DNA of 64,000 bases, taken from a virus. Each line of letters opens with the position of its first letter. The first letter of the stretch is position 1. This document shows, piece after piece, positions 56,490 through 64,000 of the stretch. The position numbers and the translations under genes were made by a program. The notes under the pieces are model-generated. The model saw nothing but the letters and a program-made list of their open reading frames with translations. It had not been told where the DNA came from and did not search any database. Location of the stretch: positions 1 through 64,000 of the IMG/VR virus record IMGVR_UViG_3300039008_000208; one strand, 5' to 3'.

Positions 56490-56991
56490 AATCCCACCAC
56501 CAGTTTTTAAAAAAACCCTCGCCTACATACAGGACTTCACATGAGCAATCTCCTTCATAGCCTTGAGTACAACCAATACAAGCAACTTCAATGTGATCGT
56601 AGCTATTATCGGATTTTGTAAGGCCGAAATCGAATAGAATGCAGATCAAAAATTTCAGCAAATAACCAAGAGATCGCAAGTTGCTTCGCCGGATTAGTTC
56701 GTCAGACTGCCAGTTCTTTGCAAAAATTTCCTTCGCAAATTTTAGTCGAGAAACAAGGTGTGTTTCTGGGTAGCCTTTTTTCAAACACTCATCGCAAGAG
56801 TACATGCAGTGGGAGTCAGGAAAGAGAACTCCGCACGAGCACTTTCGAATTTTGGGGTAATCCCACCATTGCCGAAATTCAGAGTACTTACGCTCCTTAT
56901 CGAGGTTTTTAAGATCGCGAAAAAGACGAGTAGGAGTATTCCACCACCAACGAATAGAGGCACGTAATGTTGAAAAAGGAAGTCTAACCAT
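56473..56991 (-). CDS. hypothetical Trp/Cys-rich protein
   Basis: 172-aa ORF in the operon. Confidence 0.4.
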   Translation of the reverse strand: MVRLPFSTLRASIRWWWNTPTRLFRDLKNLDKERKYSEFRQWWDYPKIRKCSCGVLFPDSHCMYSCDECLKKGYPETHLVSRLKFAKEIFAKNWQSDELIRRSNLRSLGYLLKFLICILFDFGLTKSDNSYDHIEVACIGCTQGYEGDCSCEVLYVGEGFFKNWWWDYDWNA

Positions 56992-57367
56992 GCCGCTTCT
57001 CCCAACATTCTTCGATCATTCCGAAAAGCTTTTCTTTTGCTGCTGGAGTCAGATTCTTTACTTGGGAAGTAAGCAAGTCTTCGCCGCAGCCTTCATCAAA
57101 AATTCGGTCACGAAGTTCAGAAAGGATTTCACCAAAGTTGTAAGTACAAAAATACGCTGTGCGTAGTGAAAGGCAATCTGCGCAAGTTTTTGATGTGTTG
57201 AGATAGTCATCCCAAACATAGGTTTCTCGCTTATATTTTTCGCCTTTTTCAATTGTACGGCTGCATTCAGAACAGGTATGCTGTTTACGTGCAGTAGGAG
57301 TTGTCTCAGACAACATGGCTACATATTCACCATCGTAATCTTCAATTTGGCAGGAACAACTCATCAT
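56984..57367 (-). CDS. hypothetical Cys-rich protein
   Basis: 127 aa with several CxxC-like pairs. Confidence 0.4.
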   Translation of the reverse strand: MMSCSCQIEDYDGEYVAMLSETTPTARKQHTCSECSRTIEKGEKYKRETYVWDDYLNTSKTCADCLSLRTAYFCTYNFGEILSELRDRIFDEGCGEDLLTSQVKNLTPAAKEKLFGMIEECWEKRHG

Positions 57368-57675
57368 TAACTCCGTTTTTTTGTTTTCAAAATTTGATAC
57401 TTATTTCCACATGCGGTGCAGATGGCTCGCATGGAGCCAGATCGAGTTTGCTTCATTTTGCCACCGCATTCACAACACCTTGTTCTAAGAGCTTCAATCA
57501 TGGCTTTATTGATTGTTTCAGCGCTTATTCTACGCTGTCTTTTGGGAATTATTCCCAACTCTTTAAGAACTTTCCGGTATTCCACTTCAACCCATTTTTC
57601 ATGGTCTCCATCACCAATTCGTTCTCCAAGCTTAATAAGACGCTCGTGGAGGTGTTTTTCTCTGTCTGAAGACAT
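57367..57675 (-). CDS. small zinc-ribbon protein
   Basis: The likely start is MSSDREK (ATG 57675). It has a C-terminal CCECGG...CTACG. Confidence 0.4.
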   Translation of the reverse strand: MSSDREKHLHERLIKLGERIGDGDHEKWVEVEYRKVLKELGIIPKRQRRISAETINKAMIEALRTRCCECGGKMKQTRSGSMRAICTACGNKYQILKTKKRS

Positions 57676-57739
57676 AGGTATTGTCCTAAAAAGCCTTTTC
57701 CGGAGAAAAGGCTTTTCAGTTAACCAAAGGGGGGAGCCT

Positions 57740-58039
57740 TTAGGATTTGTTGAGACGTTCACCCAGACGTTTACCAGCTTTAATCTTGAGTTTACGTCTG
57801 GCTGGAATTTCAATTGGCTCTCCAGTGCGAGGATTGCGCCCTGTGTGGCCTTTACGCTCAACAACAGAAATGGTGAGCATATCACGAACAATCAAGCCAC
57901 GCCCCAAGGCGAGGCCTTCTTCGAGTTCTTCGAACACAGAGTCTACAATGCTTTTAATTTTAGCTGCCGAAACTTCTGGATTGTTCGCAGCTACAGCGCT
58001 AACCAACTCTTTGCAATTCATGTTAGGTAATGTAGTCAT
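57740..58039 (-). CDS. HU/IHF-family DNA-binding protein
   Basis: MNCKELVSAV...GRNPRTGEPIEIPARRKLKIKAGK is the typical HU beta-arm sequence. Confidence 0.8.
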   Translation of the reverse strand: MTTLPNMNCKELVSAVAANNPEVSAAKIKSIVDSVFEELEEGLALGRGLIVRDMLTISVVERKGHTGRNPRTGEPIEIPARRKLKIKAGKRLGERLNKS

Positions 58040-58058
58040 AGCTCACTCCTTTTACCGA

Positions 58059-59861
58059 TTAGGTAAGTTCAAGTTCTGCGATAAATCGCGATTCTGGGGT
58101 ATTCAGAGTAACAATTTCATCACCGGCAAGACGTTCTTCGATTTCAGGACGAACTGCCAATATAAGGCGCTCTTCTGCACGAGTTACAGCTACGTATGTT
58201 AAACGCCGCTCCTCTTCGATTCCTTTTGCCGTCATAGATTTTTTATGTGGGAGGATGGTTTCATTGCAGCCATATAAAAAGACTGTAGGGAACTCTAAAC
58301 CTTTGCTTGCATGAACAGTCATGAGAGTAACGGACGGTTCTGTCTCTTCATCTAATTCATCCTGAACATCATAGAATGTCAGCCATTCAAGAAAGGTTTC
58401 AGCAGTTGCATCTGGGTGTGCTCCGCACCATTCCCCAAGGATAAATGAAATTCTATCCATTTGAGGCAGGTCTGTTGCAGTTGCTACTTTATTTAACGAC
58501 CAATACACAAGTTCAATGAACGACTTGCCGTCTGTAAAACTCTCAAATTTTGCACAATGCGCTTGGTAGTGGCTGCACACATCTAAGATCGCAGTGGTGC
58601 GAATCTCTTGATAACACTCATCAAATACGCCGAGAACTCGCCGGTACAGCATGTATGAAAAGTTGTCATAAGGGTTCACAGCAAGCTTAATCGGAGCAAT
58701 GACCGTCCTGAAGGCTTCCGAGCGAGTAAGAGCGTTCTTTTCTCCAACCCTTCTGAATGGAATATTCAGATCAGAAAGGGCTTTCCCTAGTCCCTCAAGC
58801 AGTCCATGACTTCGAGCAAGGACAGTAATATTTTCTGGAACATCCGCACCGGTTGAAATAACGTGCTGCATACATCCGGCAAGCATAGCTCCAGTTGCAT
58901 TAGGTAGTTTTCCGACAATGACTTCGTGGTTATCTATTACAGTAGGAGTCATTATTGTATCGAAACGCTCTTTATTGTGAGTAATGAGCCTGTTTGCAGC
59001 ATTTACAATTGATGTAGCAGAGCGGTAGTTCTTTTCAATCGGGAAAATGTCGAAAGAGTCTTTGTGCTCAAGTAGATAGGCTGGAGCCGCACCGCGAAAG
59101 CCATAGATAGACTGGTTTACATCACCTACACAAAATAAGCTTGCTTTAAGCTTCGTGACAAGCTGCTCAATAATGCTCCACTGCAACAAATCAATATCTT
59201 GTACTTCATCTACAAGAATATGCCGCCAGTTTGCATGTTCTGTAATACAGCCATCTTCTAACAGTAAACGAAGGCCGTGGATCAAGCCTGAATAGGGCAG
59301 GGCATTGTTTTCTTTGCAGCGCTGATGAAAAGACTGAAAGACAGGAAAAACTTCATGGTAGGCATCGGGTTCTTCACCGGTTTGCTCAAACTGATTAAAT
59401 ACAGCAAGAATATCTTTTTTTCTGATCTTCCAACGTCCATCAATAAGGACGCCAAGCTCTTGGCAAACATCCCTTAACAACATCTCACTTTCCCACTCAG
59501 AATAGACAGTAAGGTTTTCTCGGAGTCCTATACGCTCCCCAAACTGTTGAATGAGCCGTAAGCCAACACTATGCATTGTGGCGAGATGTACCTTTTTTGC
59601 TTCATCGCCAAGGGACTTGATAAGGCGTCCTCGCATTTCTTCTGCTGCTTTTCGTGTAAAGGTAAAAGCCAACACATCGTAAGGAGATATACCATCTTCT
59701 TGAATTAGCTTCGTGATCCGCGCAGTAAGGGTGCTGGTTTTCCCAGCACCCGCACCGGCGATTACAAAGGCGCGCTTTGAGTCAGTATTGACTGCGGCAA
59801 GCTGTTGTGGGCTAAGCTTCACCACGCACCTCTTTCTGGCTAAAGACTTGCCAGCCTTCAA
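58059..59861 (-). CDS. UvrD/Rep/PcrA-type SF1 helicase
   Basis: Motifs AGAGAGKTSTL, ILVDEVQD, GDVNQSIYGFRGA, NYRS, VHASKGLEFPTVFL and YVAVTRAEERL. An alternative GTG start near 59822 is possible. Confidence 0.8.
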   Translation of the reverse strand: MKAGKSLARKRCVVKLSPQQLAAVNTDSKRAFVIAGAGAGKTSTLTARITKLIQEDGISPYDVLAFTFTRKAAEEMRGRLIKSLGDEAKKVHLATMHSVGLRLIQQFGERIGLRENLTVYSEWESEMLLRDVCQELGVLIDGRWKIRKKDILAVFNQFEQTGEEPDAYHEVFPVFQSFHQRCKENNALPYSGLIHGLRLLLEDGCITEHANWRHILVDEVQDIDLLQWSIIEQLVTKLKASLFCVGDVNQSIYGFRGAAPAYLLEHKDSFDIFPIEKNYRSATSIVNAANRLITHNKERFDTIMTPTVIDNHEVIVGKLPNATGAMLAGCMQHVISTGADVPENITVLARSHGLLEGLGKALSDLNIPFRRVGEKNALTRSEAFRTVIAPIKLAVNPYDNFSYMLYRRVLGVFDECYQEIRTTAILDVCSHYQAHCAKFESFTDGKSFIELVYWSLNKVATATDLPQMDRISFILGEWCGAHPDATAETFLEWLTFYDVQDELDEETEPSVTLMTVHASKGLEFPTVFLYGCNETILPHKKSMTAKGIEEERRLTYVAVTRAEERLILAVRPEIEERLAGDEIVTLNTPESRFIAELELT

Positions 59862-60420
59862 TGGAATCTTCGTCTACTTCAAAGCAGGAATTCACAAAAA
59901 TCTGTGCGTCAACAGTAGAAGATGCGATATGGTCAAGCATCGCGGGAAGTTCATTACCAAGCTCTGCTGCTTCAAGCACAACGATGCCGTTTTTGGAACC
60001 GCTTAACAGCGCGTAGGCAAAGGCTGAGTCAAACTCAACGCGCTGCCCACCAGACAGGCCAGCATACGGAACAAAAATCTCTTGTTCATCGACTTTCATC
60101 ATCCATCCGTAAACGAGTTTTTCTTCGACAAGATTAAATACTGGGTAGCCTTTCTCTGAGTTGAGAATATGCTGCATACGTTCCCGCAGAACTCCAAGAC
60201 TTGATTCGAGAACTCTTTTCTTAGCGAGAACCATCTGAGAGATTTTAGATTCAAGCTCTTCTACCTCTTTTTCAAGCTTGCGAGACTCTTTAGCCGCACT
60301 TTCTGCCTGTTCATCAAGGGTTTGTGCTTTTAGTAGCATGTCGCGTTCTTCCTGCAACGTGCCCATAGCTGCTTTGAGGCCGTCTTCGCGAACCTTCATG
60401 AGATCAACACTATTAGTCAT
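59812..60420 (-). CDS. Rad50/SMC-like ATPase, C-terminal half (coiled coil plus LSGGQ signature)
   Basis: About 85 aa of heptad-rich sequence, then YAGLSGGQRVEF and GIVVLEAAE. Confidence 0.55.
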   Translation of the reverse strand: MTNSVDLMKVREDGLKAAMGTLQEERDMLLKAQTLDEQAESAAKESRKLEKEVEELESKISQMVLAKKRVLESSLGVLRERMQHILNSEKGYPVFNLVEEKLVYGWMMKVDEQEIFVPYAGLSGGQRVEFDSAFAYALLSGSKNGIVVLEAAELGNELPAMLDHIASSTVDAQIFVNSCFEVDEDSIEGWQVFSQKEVRGEA

Positions 60421-61546
60421 GAATAATACCTGCCTTTTTCAGCTTTTTAAGCTGTTGCTTGTAGACCAAATTGACAGCACACATCCCCGCACAATCTTGA
60501 GCGGATAGCGCCTTCCCGATTGCTGCCATTGCATTGGCAACAGTCGCAGTGGCAGTAGCTCCCTTGGGAGCCATGTCGTGTAGGGCAGTTTCAAGTACGT
60601 ATGGCGTTGTTTTAGCGTGGCTTGGTTCTGGAACCGAAGATTTCCCTTCAGTTTTGGAGTAAAGCTTATCCATCAATTTTGCATTTTCTGGATTTGACAG
60701 TGAAAATGGATCACTGGCTTCGCTTTCTTGTACTGGTGTTTCCGGAACTGGCTGCTGAACATCAGCTTGGTAGGCAGATTCGTCGAATGGCGGCTCTTCA
60801 GTCGATGCCATATTTGAGCTTACAGCAGGAGATTCGGCAGCAAGGTTGTCTGCTTCTTTTTCTGCGGCAATTCGACCTTTTCGCTCTGCCATTTCTTTTT
60901 GAAAAGCTTCTAATTCAGCTTTACGTCCTTCAATCTCGTTTTCAACCTCTGGCAAGCTTTTCGCTGGCAAATTAAGCATGGCGCGTGAGCTTTTCAGAGT
61001 CTTTACAATCTCTTTCTGCTCACGCATTTTTGCTTTAATTTTTTTGAGTCGCTCTTTTTTTTGAGTCAATTCAGAGCTTAACTCCTGAATGTCACCAGAA
61101 GGCGGAAATAGTGCAAAGAGATGCTGCTGTTTCTTTTCTTCGGAAAGGTCAACGAATGATTGCAGGTCAGCAATTCTAATACTGTGTGTATGCAACGACA
61201 TTTCAAACACATTTTTGTTTGCATTTTCGCCGTTAACATAGAACTTCTGAGTCGCACCGCCTGTTTTAGTCCGGCGTATAACACGTTCATAGGTAGTGCC
61301 AGAAATGCGCGCTCCTACCCGCATTTCTTCGGCTGACTCTTGGCACATCGCAGCCATAATATCGCCAATCTTCTTACTCAAACCGGCAGCAGGAATGCTG
61401 CCGGTAATAAGAAGCTGTAACGCATTGACACGGGTAGATTTGCCAGTTCCAACTGGGGCAGTATACAGATGTTTTTGCCCGACCAGATCGTCATGGAATG
61501 TCTGTCCACGGAAGTTTTTTGCGAAAATAGCTTCAATACAACTCAT
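60413..61546 (-). CDS. Rad50/SMC-like ATPase, N-terminal half (Walker A plus coiled coil)
   Basis: APVGTGKST Walker A, a coiled coil, an acidic low-complexity region and a CAGMC near the C-terminus. Its stop overlaps the next start (ATGACTAA). Confidence 0.55.
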   Translation of the reverse strand: MSCIEAIFAKNFRGQTFHDDLVGQKHLYTAPVGTGKSTRVNALQLLITGSIPAAGLSKKIGDIMAAMCQESAEEMRVGARISGTTYERVIRRTKTGGATQKFYVNGENANKNVFEMSLHTHSIRIADLQSFVDLSEEKKQQHLFALFPPSGDIQELSSELTQKKERLKKIKAKMREQKEIVKTLKSSRAMLNLPAKSLPEVENEIEGRKAELEAFQKEMAERKGRIAAEKEADNLAAESPAVSSNMASTEEPPFDESAYQADVQQPVPETPVQESEASDPFSLSNPENAKLMDKLYSKTEGKSSVPEPSHAKTTPYVLETALHDMAPKGATATATVANAMAAIGKALSAQDCAGMCAVNLVYKQQLKKLKKAGIIHD

Positions 61547-61548
61547 AA

Positions 61549-62838
61549 CTACTCCGCATCCACAATTGCAGTCACGCGGGAGTGGATATCCATTGCGTTG
61601 AATGGAGTAGCTTCCTGAATACCTAAGTCTGCCAGAGCCTGTGCGTATTCATCAGGGAACATGTTTGCCGTAACAGAAAGGTTGCTAAAAGCCTTGATCT
61701 GCTCTTCAGTCGGAGCCTGTTCTGGCTCTAAGTCTTCAAGTGGCTGCTCGTTAGAGTCTTCGACATGAGCATATTCTGCATCTAACTCTAATGCTTCCTG
61801 AACCGTTGTCCCTTCACCAACAATATCTTTTGCATCTTCAGCGTCCATGCCATCAACCATATCAGGAAGGGTTTCAAGTGTATCTGTTCCGGACATGCAT
61901 TCCCACTTGACGCCTGTTTGTCCCTCAAGGGCTTTTGCAGTTTCACTTCCTTTCCCTTGTGAGATGTTTGCAACTTTCTTTACTGCTTCGGTAAATTTTG
62001 CAGAAGAGAACTGGACTGAGCCACCATCAACAGGAAGATAGGAGATTACCTCCATCTTTAATGATGAAGCATTGTCCACTGGCTTATCCACACCAAACAG
62101 GTGTTTCATCGCGTTTCGCTGAGCAAACGTCTGTGTGATTTCCAAAGCTTTTTTCTGGCGGTTAGACATCGTTGCCATCAGATTTAAGAATTCAGAGTGA
62201 TTTGCATCTGCATAAATGGAAACATACGGGTTGAGCGGAAATTCAATCCAGTTTTGATTATTGTTAGTTGCTGGAGGTGTCTTAGGAGCCCCCATTTTGA
62301 ACTGATCTTTCTTCCACTTAGCTTTGTTTGTTAAGTCAGCACGAAGAATTGTCATGCTATCAAAAACAGCGGTACGATCAGAAACTTGTGGCTGCCCTGT
62401 GGCTCCATAACGGAAACACATCGAACGAACATGCACAGCAATTACATTGCCGAAATCATCACGCTCTACGTGAGGGTTTTTTTGCTCAACGCCATCAACA
62501 ATGACGGTAGGGGCGTTCATCACAACAGCGCCAGCAGCATCTGCAAGACGCTTAAAGCCAAAAGCAGAGACAGTCACAACCTCTTTGCCTTGTCCCATCG
62601 GGATTCCAACGAGAGTTCCATCTGACGTTGAAAGACTTACGTTTTGCTTGATTGCAGTAAGGCGGCCTGACTGATCACGAATCTGAAGAACTTCATTGTC
62701 ACCAAGACAGGCAACATGCTGATTACGCAAAGCGGCAATGTAGTTTGTTAATGCCGTTGCTTCGCTAGGATTTGACTCTTGTAAAGCAAGAGCGGCTTTC
62801 TCTGCTTTCTTCATCAATGTCTGTTCGTTTGTACTCAT
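61549..62838 (-). CDS. possible RecT-like single-strand annealing protein
   Basis: 429 aa, first gene of the operon (AAGGAG upstream). TFAQRNAMKHLFGVDKP weakly resembles RecT MAKKTAIRRLFKYLP. The C-terminal tail is acidic. Confidence 0.25.
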   Translation of the reverse strand: MSTNEQTLMKKAEKAALALQESNPSEATALTNYIAALRNQHVACLGDNEVLQIRDQSGRLTAIKQNVSLSTSDGTLVGIPMGQGKEVVTVSAFGFKRLADAAGAVVMNAPTVIVDGVEQKNPHVERDDFGNVIAVHVRSMCFRYGATGQPQVSDRTAVFDSMTILRADLTNKAKWKKDQFKMGAPKTPPATNNNQNWIEFPLNPYVSIYADANHSEFLNLMATMSNRQKKALEITQTFAQRNAMKHLFGVDKPVDNASSLKMEVISYLPVDGGSVQFSSAKFTEAVKKVANISQGKGSETAKALEGQTGVKWECMSGTDTLETLPDMVDGMDAEDAKDIVGEGTTVQEALELDAEYAHVEDSNEQPLEDLEPEQAPTEEQIKAFSNLSVTANMFPDEYAQALADLGIQEATPFNAMDIHSRVTAIVDAE

Positions 62839-62871
62839 TTAAATCTCCTTTTTGCAAAAACCGTTTGACCA

Positions 62872-62926
62872 GTTATGACCAATTACAAGCCCTAAGTCAA
62901 TACGTTAGTAATATAAAATAATACCA
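62872..62926 (-). promoter_or_regulatory. leftward promoter with a palindrome-like operator
   Basis: TTGACT (62895-62900), 17-nt spacer, weak CATAAC. GTTAGTAATA-TAAAA-TAATACCA at 62904-62926. Confidence 0.4.
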
Positions 62927-63055
62927 TTGCAAAAGTTGCGGGTTTGTCTTATCGTCACTTTATAGACTGAGGGGCGGAATTAGCTGTTGTTTATTTAATT
63001 GCTACTTATAGACAACACTAGTATGCGGTGCGCTGAAGTTTTTTAAGGAGATATA

Positions 63056-63454
63056 ATGGTAAAAAAGAACTGCCCACTTTTAACAGCTAAGATCACATTC
63101 ACAGAGCTTGCGGAAGAATGTGAACTAACCCCACAAGAATTATGGGACGTAATTTTAGGCTTAGAAACCATACCGGTTGCCGCAAAAAAATTAAGTGAAT
63201 GGACAGGCATGTCGGTTCCATCTTTTTATAAGCCTACTCAGCGCACTCGAAACTGTTTCTTAGAATGGATGGCATTTAACATTAACGTACAGAGTCGGCA
63301 TCTGCGAGTGATCCTTCAGCAAAAAGCTACTGCGGGTAAGAAAGCAGCAATTGCTCTTGAGCAATTTACTGGTATCCCAAAGATTGCTTGGATTTTCCCA
63401 GAACAAAACTCTAACTGGATGATGGAAGCTATTAGCAGAAAAGGAAGCGAGTAG
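63056..63454 (+). CDS. putative DNA-binding regulator (Cro/YdaS-like HTH segments)
   Basis: 132 aa, divergent from the early operon. ELAEECELTPQELWDVILG and KAAIALEQFTGIPKIAW look like HTH segments. Confidence 0.35.
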   Translation: MVKKNCPLLTAKITFTELAEECELTPQELWDVILGLETIPVAAKKLSEWTGMSVPSFYKPTQRTRNCFLEWMAFNINVQSRHLRVILQQKATAGKKAAIALEQFTGIPKIAWIFPEQNSNWMMEAISRKGSE

Positions 63455-63533
63455 CACTTTTTGATGCTTTTAGAGCGGGAATAACGCGGGTTTCTTTTTT
63501 TTGCTTTAAAAGCAATAAAGTGAGTAAAAGAAA

Positions 63534-63565
63534 AGCCCGTAATGGTTGTCATTACGGGCTTTTTT
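63534..63565 (+). terminator. Rho-independent terminator, possibly bidirectional
   Basis: agcccgtaatg-gttgt-cattacgggct, flanked by an A-run and a T-run. Confidence 0.75.
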
Positions 63566-63798
63566 ACTATCCGTGGAGACTAGATAAAAGGGGAAACCTC
63601 CACCGAACAGCTTTGTCTCACGCTACTTTCTGGGGAATGAAAGAATCAAAGCAAGGACATTATAGCAGTCTACCGTCAGAAGATGTTGAAAAAAACACTT
63701 CTTATTTCAATAGGTTGCAATTTTGTTTTTTAATCGACTGAAAACTCTATGAGCTTTAAAGGCTCTATAAACGCTGTTAGCGTTTTTTTTAATGTTTA

Positions 63799-63828
63799 TT
63801 GATTGCAAGTTTGCAATTCATGTATAAT
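63799..63828 (+). promoter_or_regulatory. sigma70-like promoter
   Basis: TTGATT, 18-nt spacer, TATAAT. The spacer contains the direct repeat TTGCAAgtTTGCAA. Confidence 0.5.
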
Positions 63829-63855
63829 GAGCGAAATCGAAAAGTAGGAGCACTT

Positions 63856-64000
63856 ATGCTGACACTAGATGAGTTGAGAGATGAGCTCTCTGAGGCTCTC
63901 CGAAAACACGGACTTGAGCAAAAGGAATTCGCTCTTTTTGCTGATGTACAAGAAAGCTGCATTTCTCGCTTTCTTTCCGGAAAGGCTGTCTATGTGAATA
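63856..64000 (+). CDS. XRE-family HTH regulator, N-terminal part (runs off the window)
   Basis: AGGAG 6 nt upstream. Reads MLTLDELRDELSEALRKHGLEQKEFALFADVQESCISRFLSGK. Confidence 0.5.
   Translation, partial: MLTLDELRDELSEALRKHGLEQKEFALFADVQESCISRFLSGKAVYVN

Noticed and set aside
58059-61546. ATPase plus UvrD-helicase pair as a Gabija-like defence system.
   Set aside because: The ATPase has Rad50/SMC features (coiled coil, LSGGQ) and no OLD/TOPRIM nuclease segment. The genes sit inside a recombination/replication-type early operon with RecT-like and HU genes.
63566-63780. Possible small RNA between two terminators (hairpin gtggag...ctccac; tracked 73-aa ORF 63520-63741).
   Set aside because: No promoter was identified, the ORF crosses a terminator, and the structure is modest. 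The evidence is insufficient for either an ncRNA or a CDS call.

Overview
The window is most of a temperate contractile-tailed phage genome. It carries its own theta-type plasmid replicon, so it is probably a phage-plasmid. Its layout resembles coliphage P1 in organisation only (recalled from memory; sequence identity not claimed).

Plus-strand late operons:
- terminase large subunit, 3' part (1-1167)
- baseplate hub/spike genes (6.3-10.9 kb)
- candidate major capsid, sheath, tube paralogues, tape measure, baseplate wedge and fibres (12.8-33.3 kb)
- a block of large virion-associated 'polyvalent' proteins: serine protease, HExxH zincin, pyrophosphatase-like protein, and a 2105-aa methyltransferase + SNF2 helicase (33.8-46.8 kb)
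- portal and scaffold/protease-like genes (47.3-50.0 kb)

Minus-strand early or accessory operons lie at 2.0-6.1 kb and 50.3-62.8 kb. They encode a RecT-like protein, a split Rad50/SMC-like ATPase, a UvrD-like helicase, HU, a Gp37/Gp68 protein, a tyrosine recombinase and many small Cys-rich ORFs.

The clearest special system is a complete diversity-generating retroelement (target fibre VR, avd, TR, RT) at 27.2-31.0 kb. All 11 TR/VR mismatches fall on TR adenines. A 608-bp repeat shared with a second, tip-less fibre paralogue brackets the cassette.

Other notable points:
- a 22-bp iteron origin plus Rep_3 initiator sitting inside the structural genes
- a possible capsid-packaged, Dar-like anti-restriction module
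- a candidate +1 frameshift just upstream of the tape measure gene
- a palindromic operator shared by three leftward promoters
- a candidate recombination core next to the recombinase gene

No rRNA, tRNA or CRISPR array was seen. All calls come from reading the sequence and ORF translations by eye; no searches were run.
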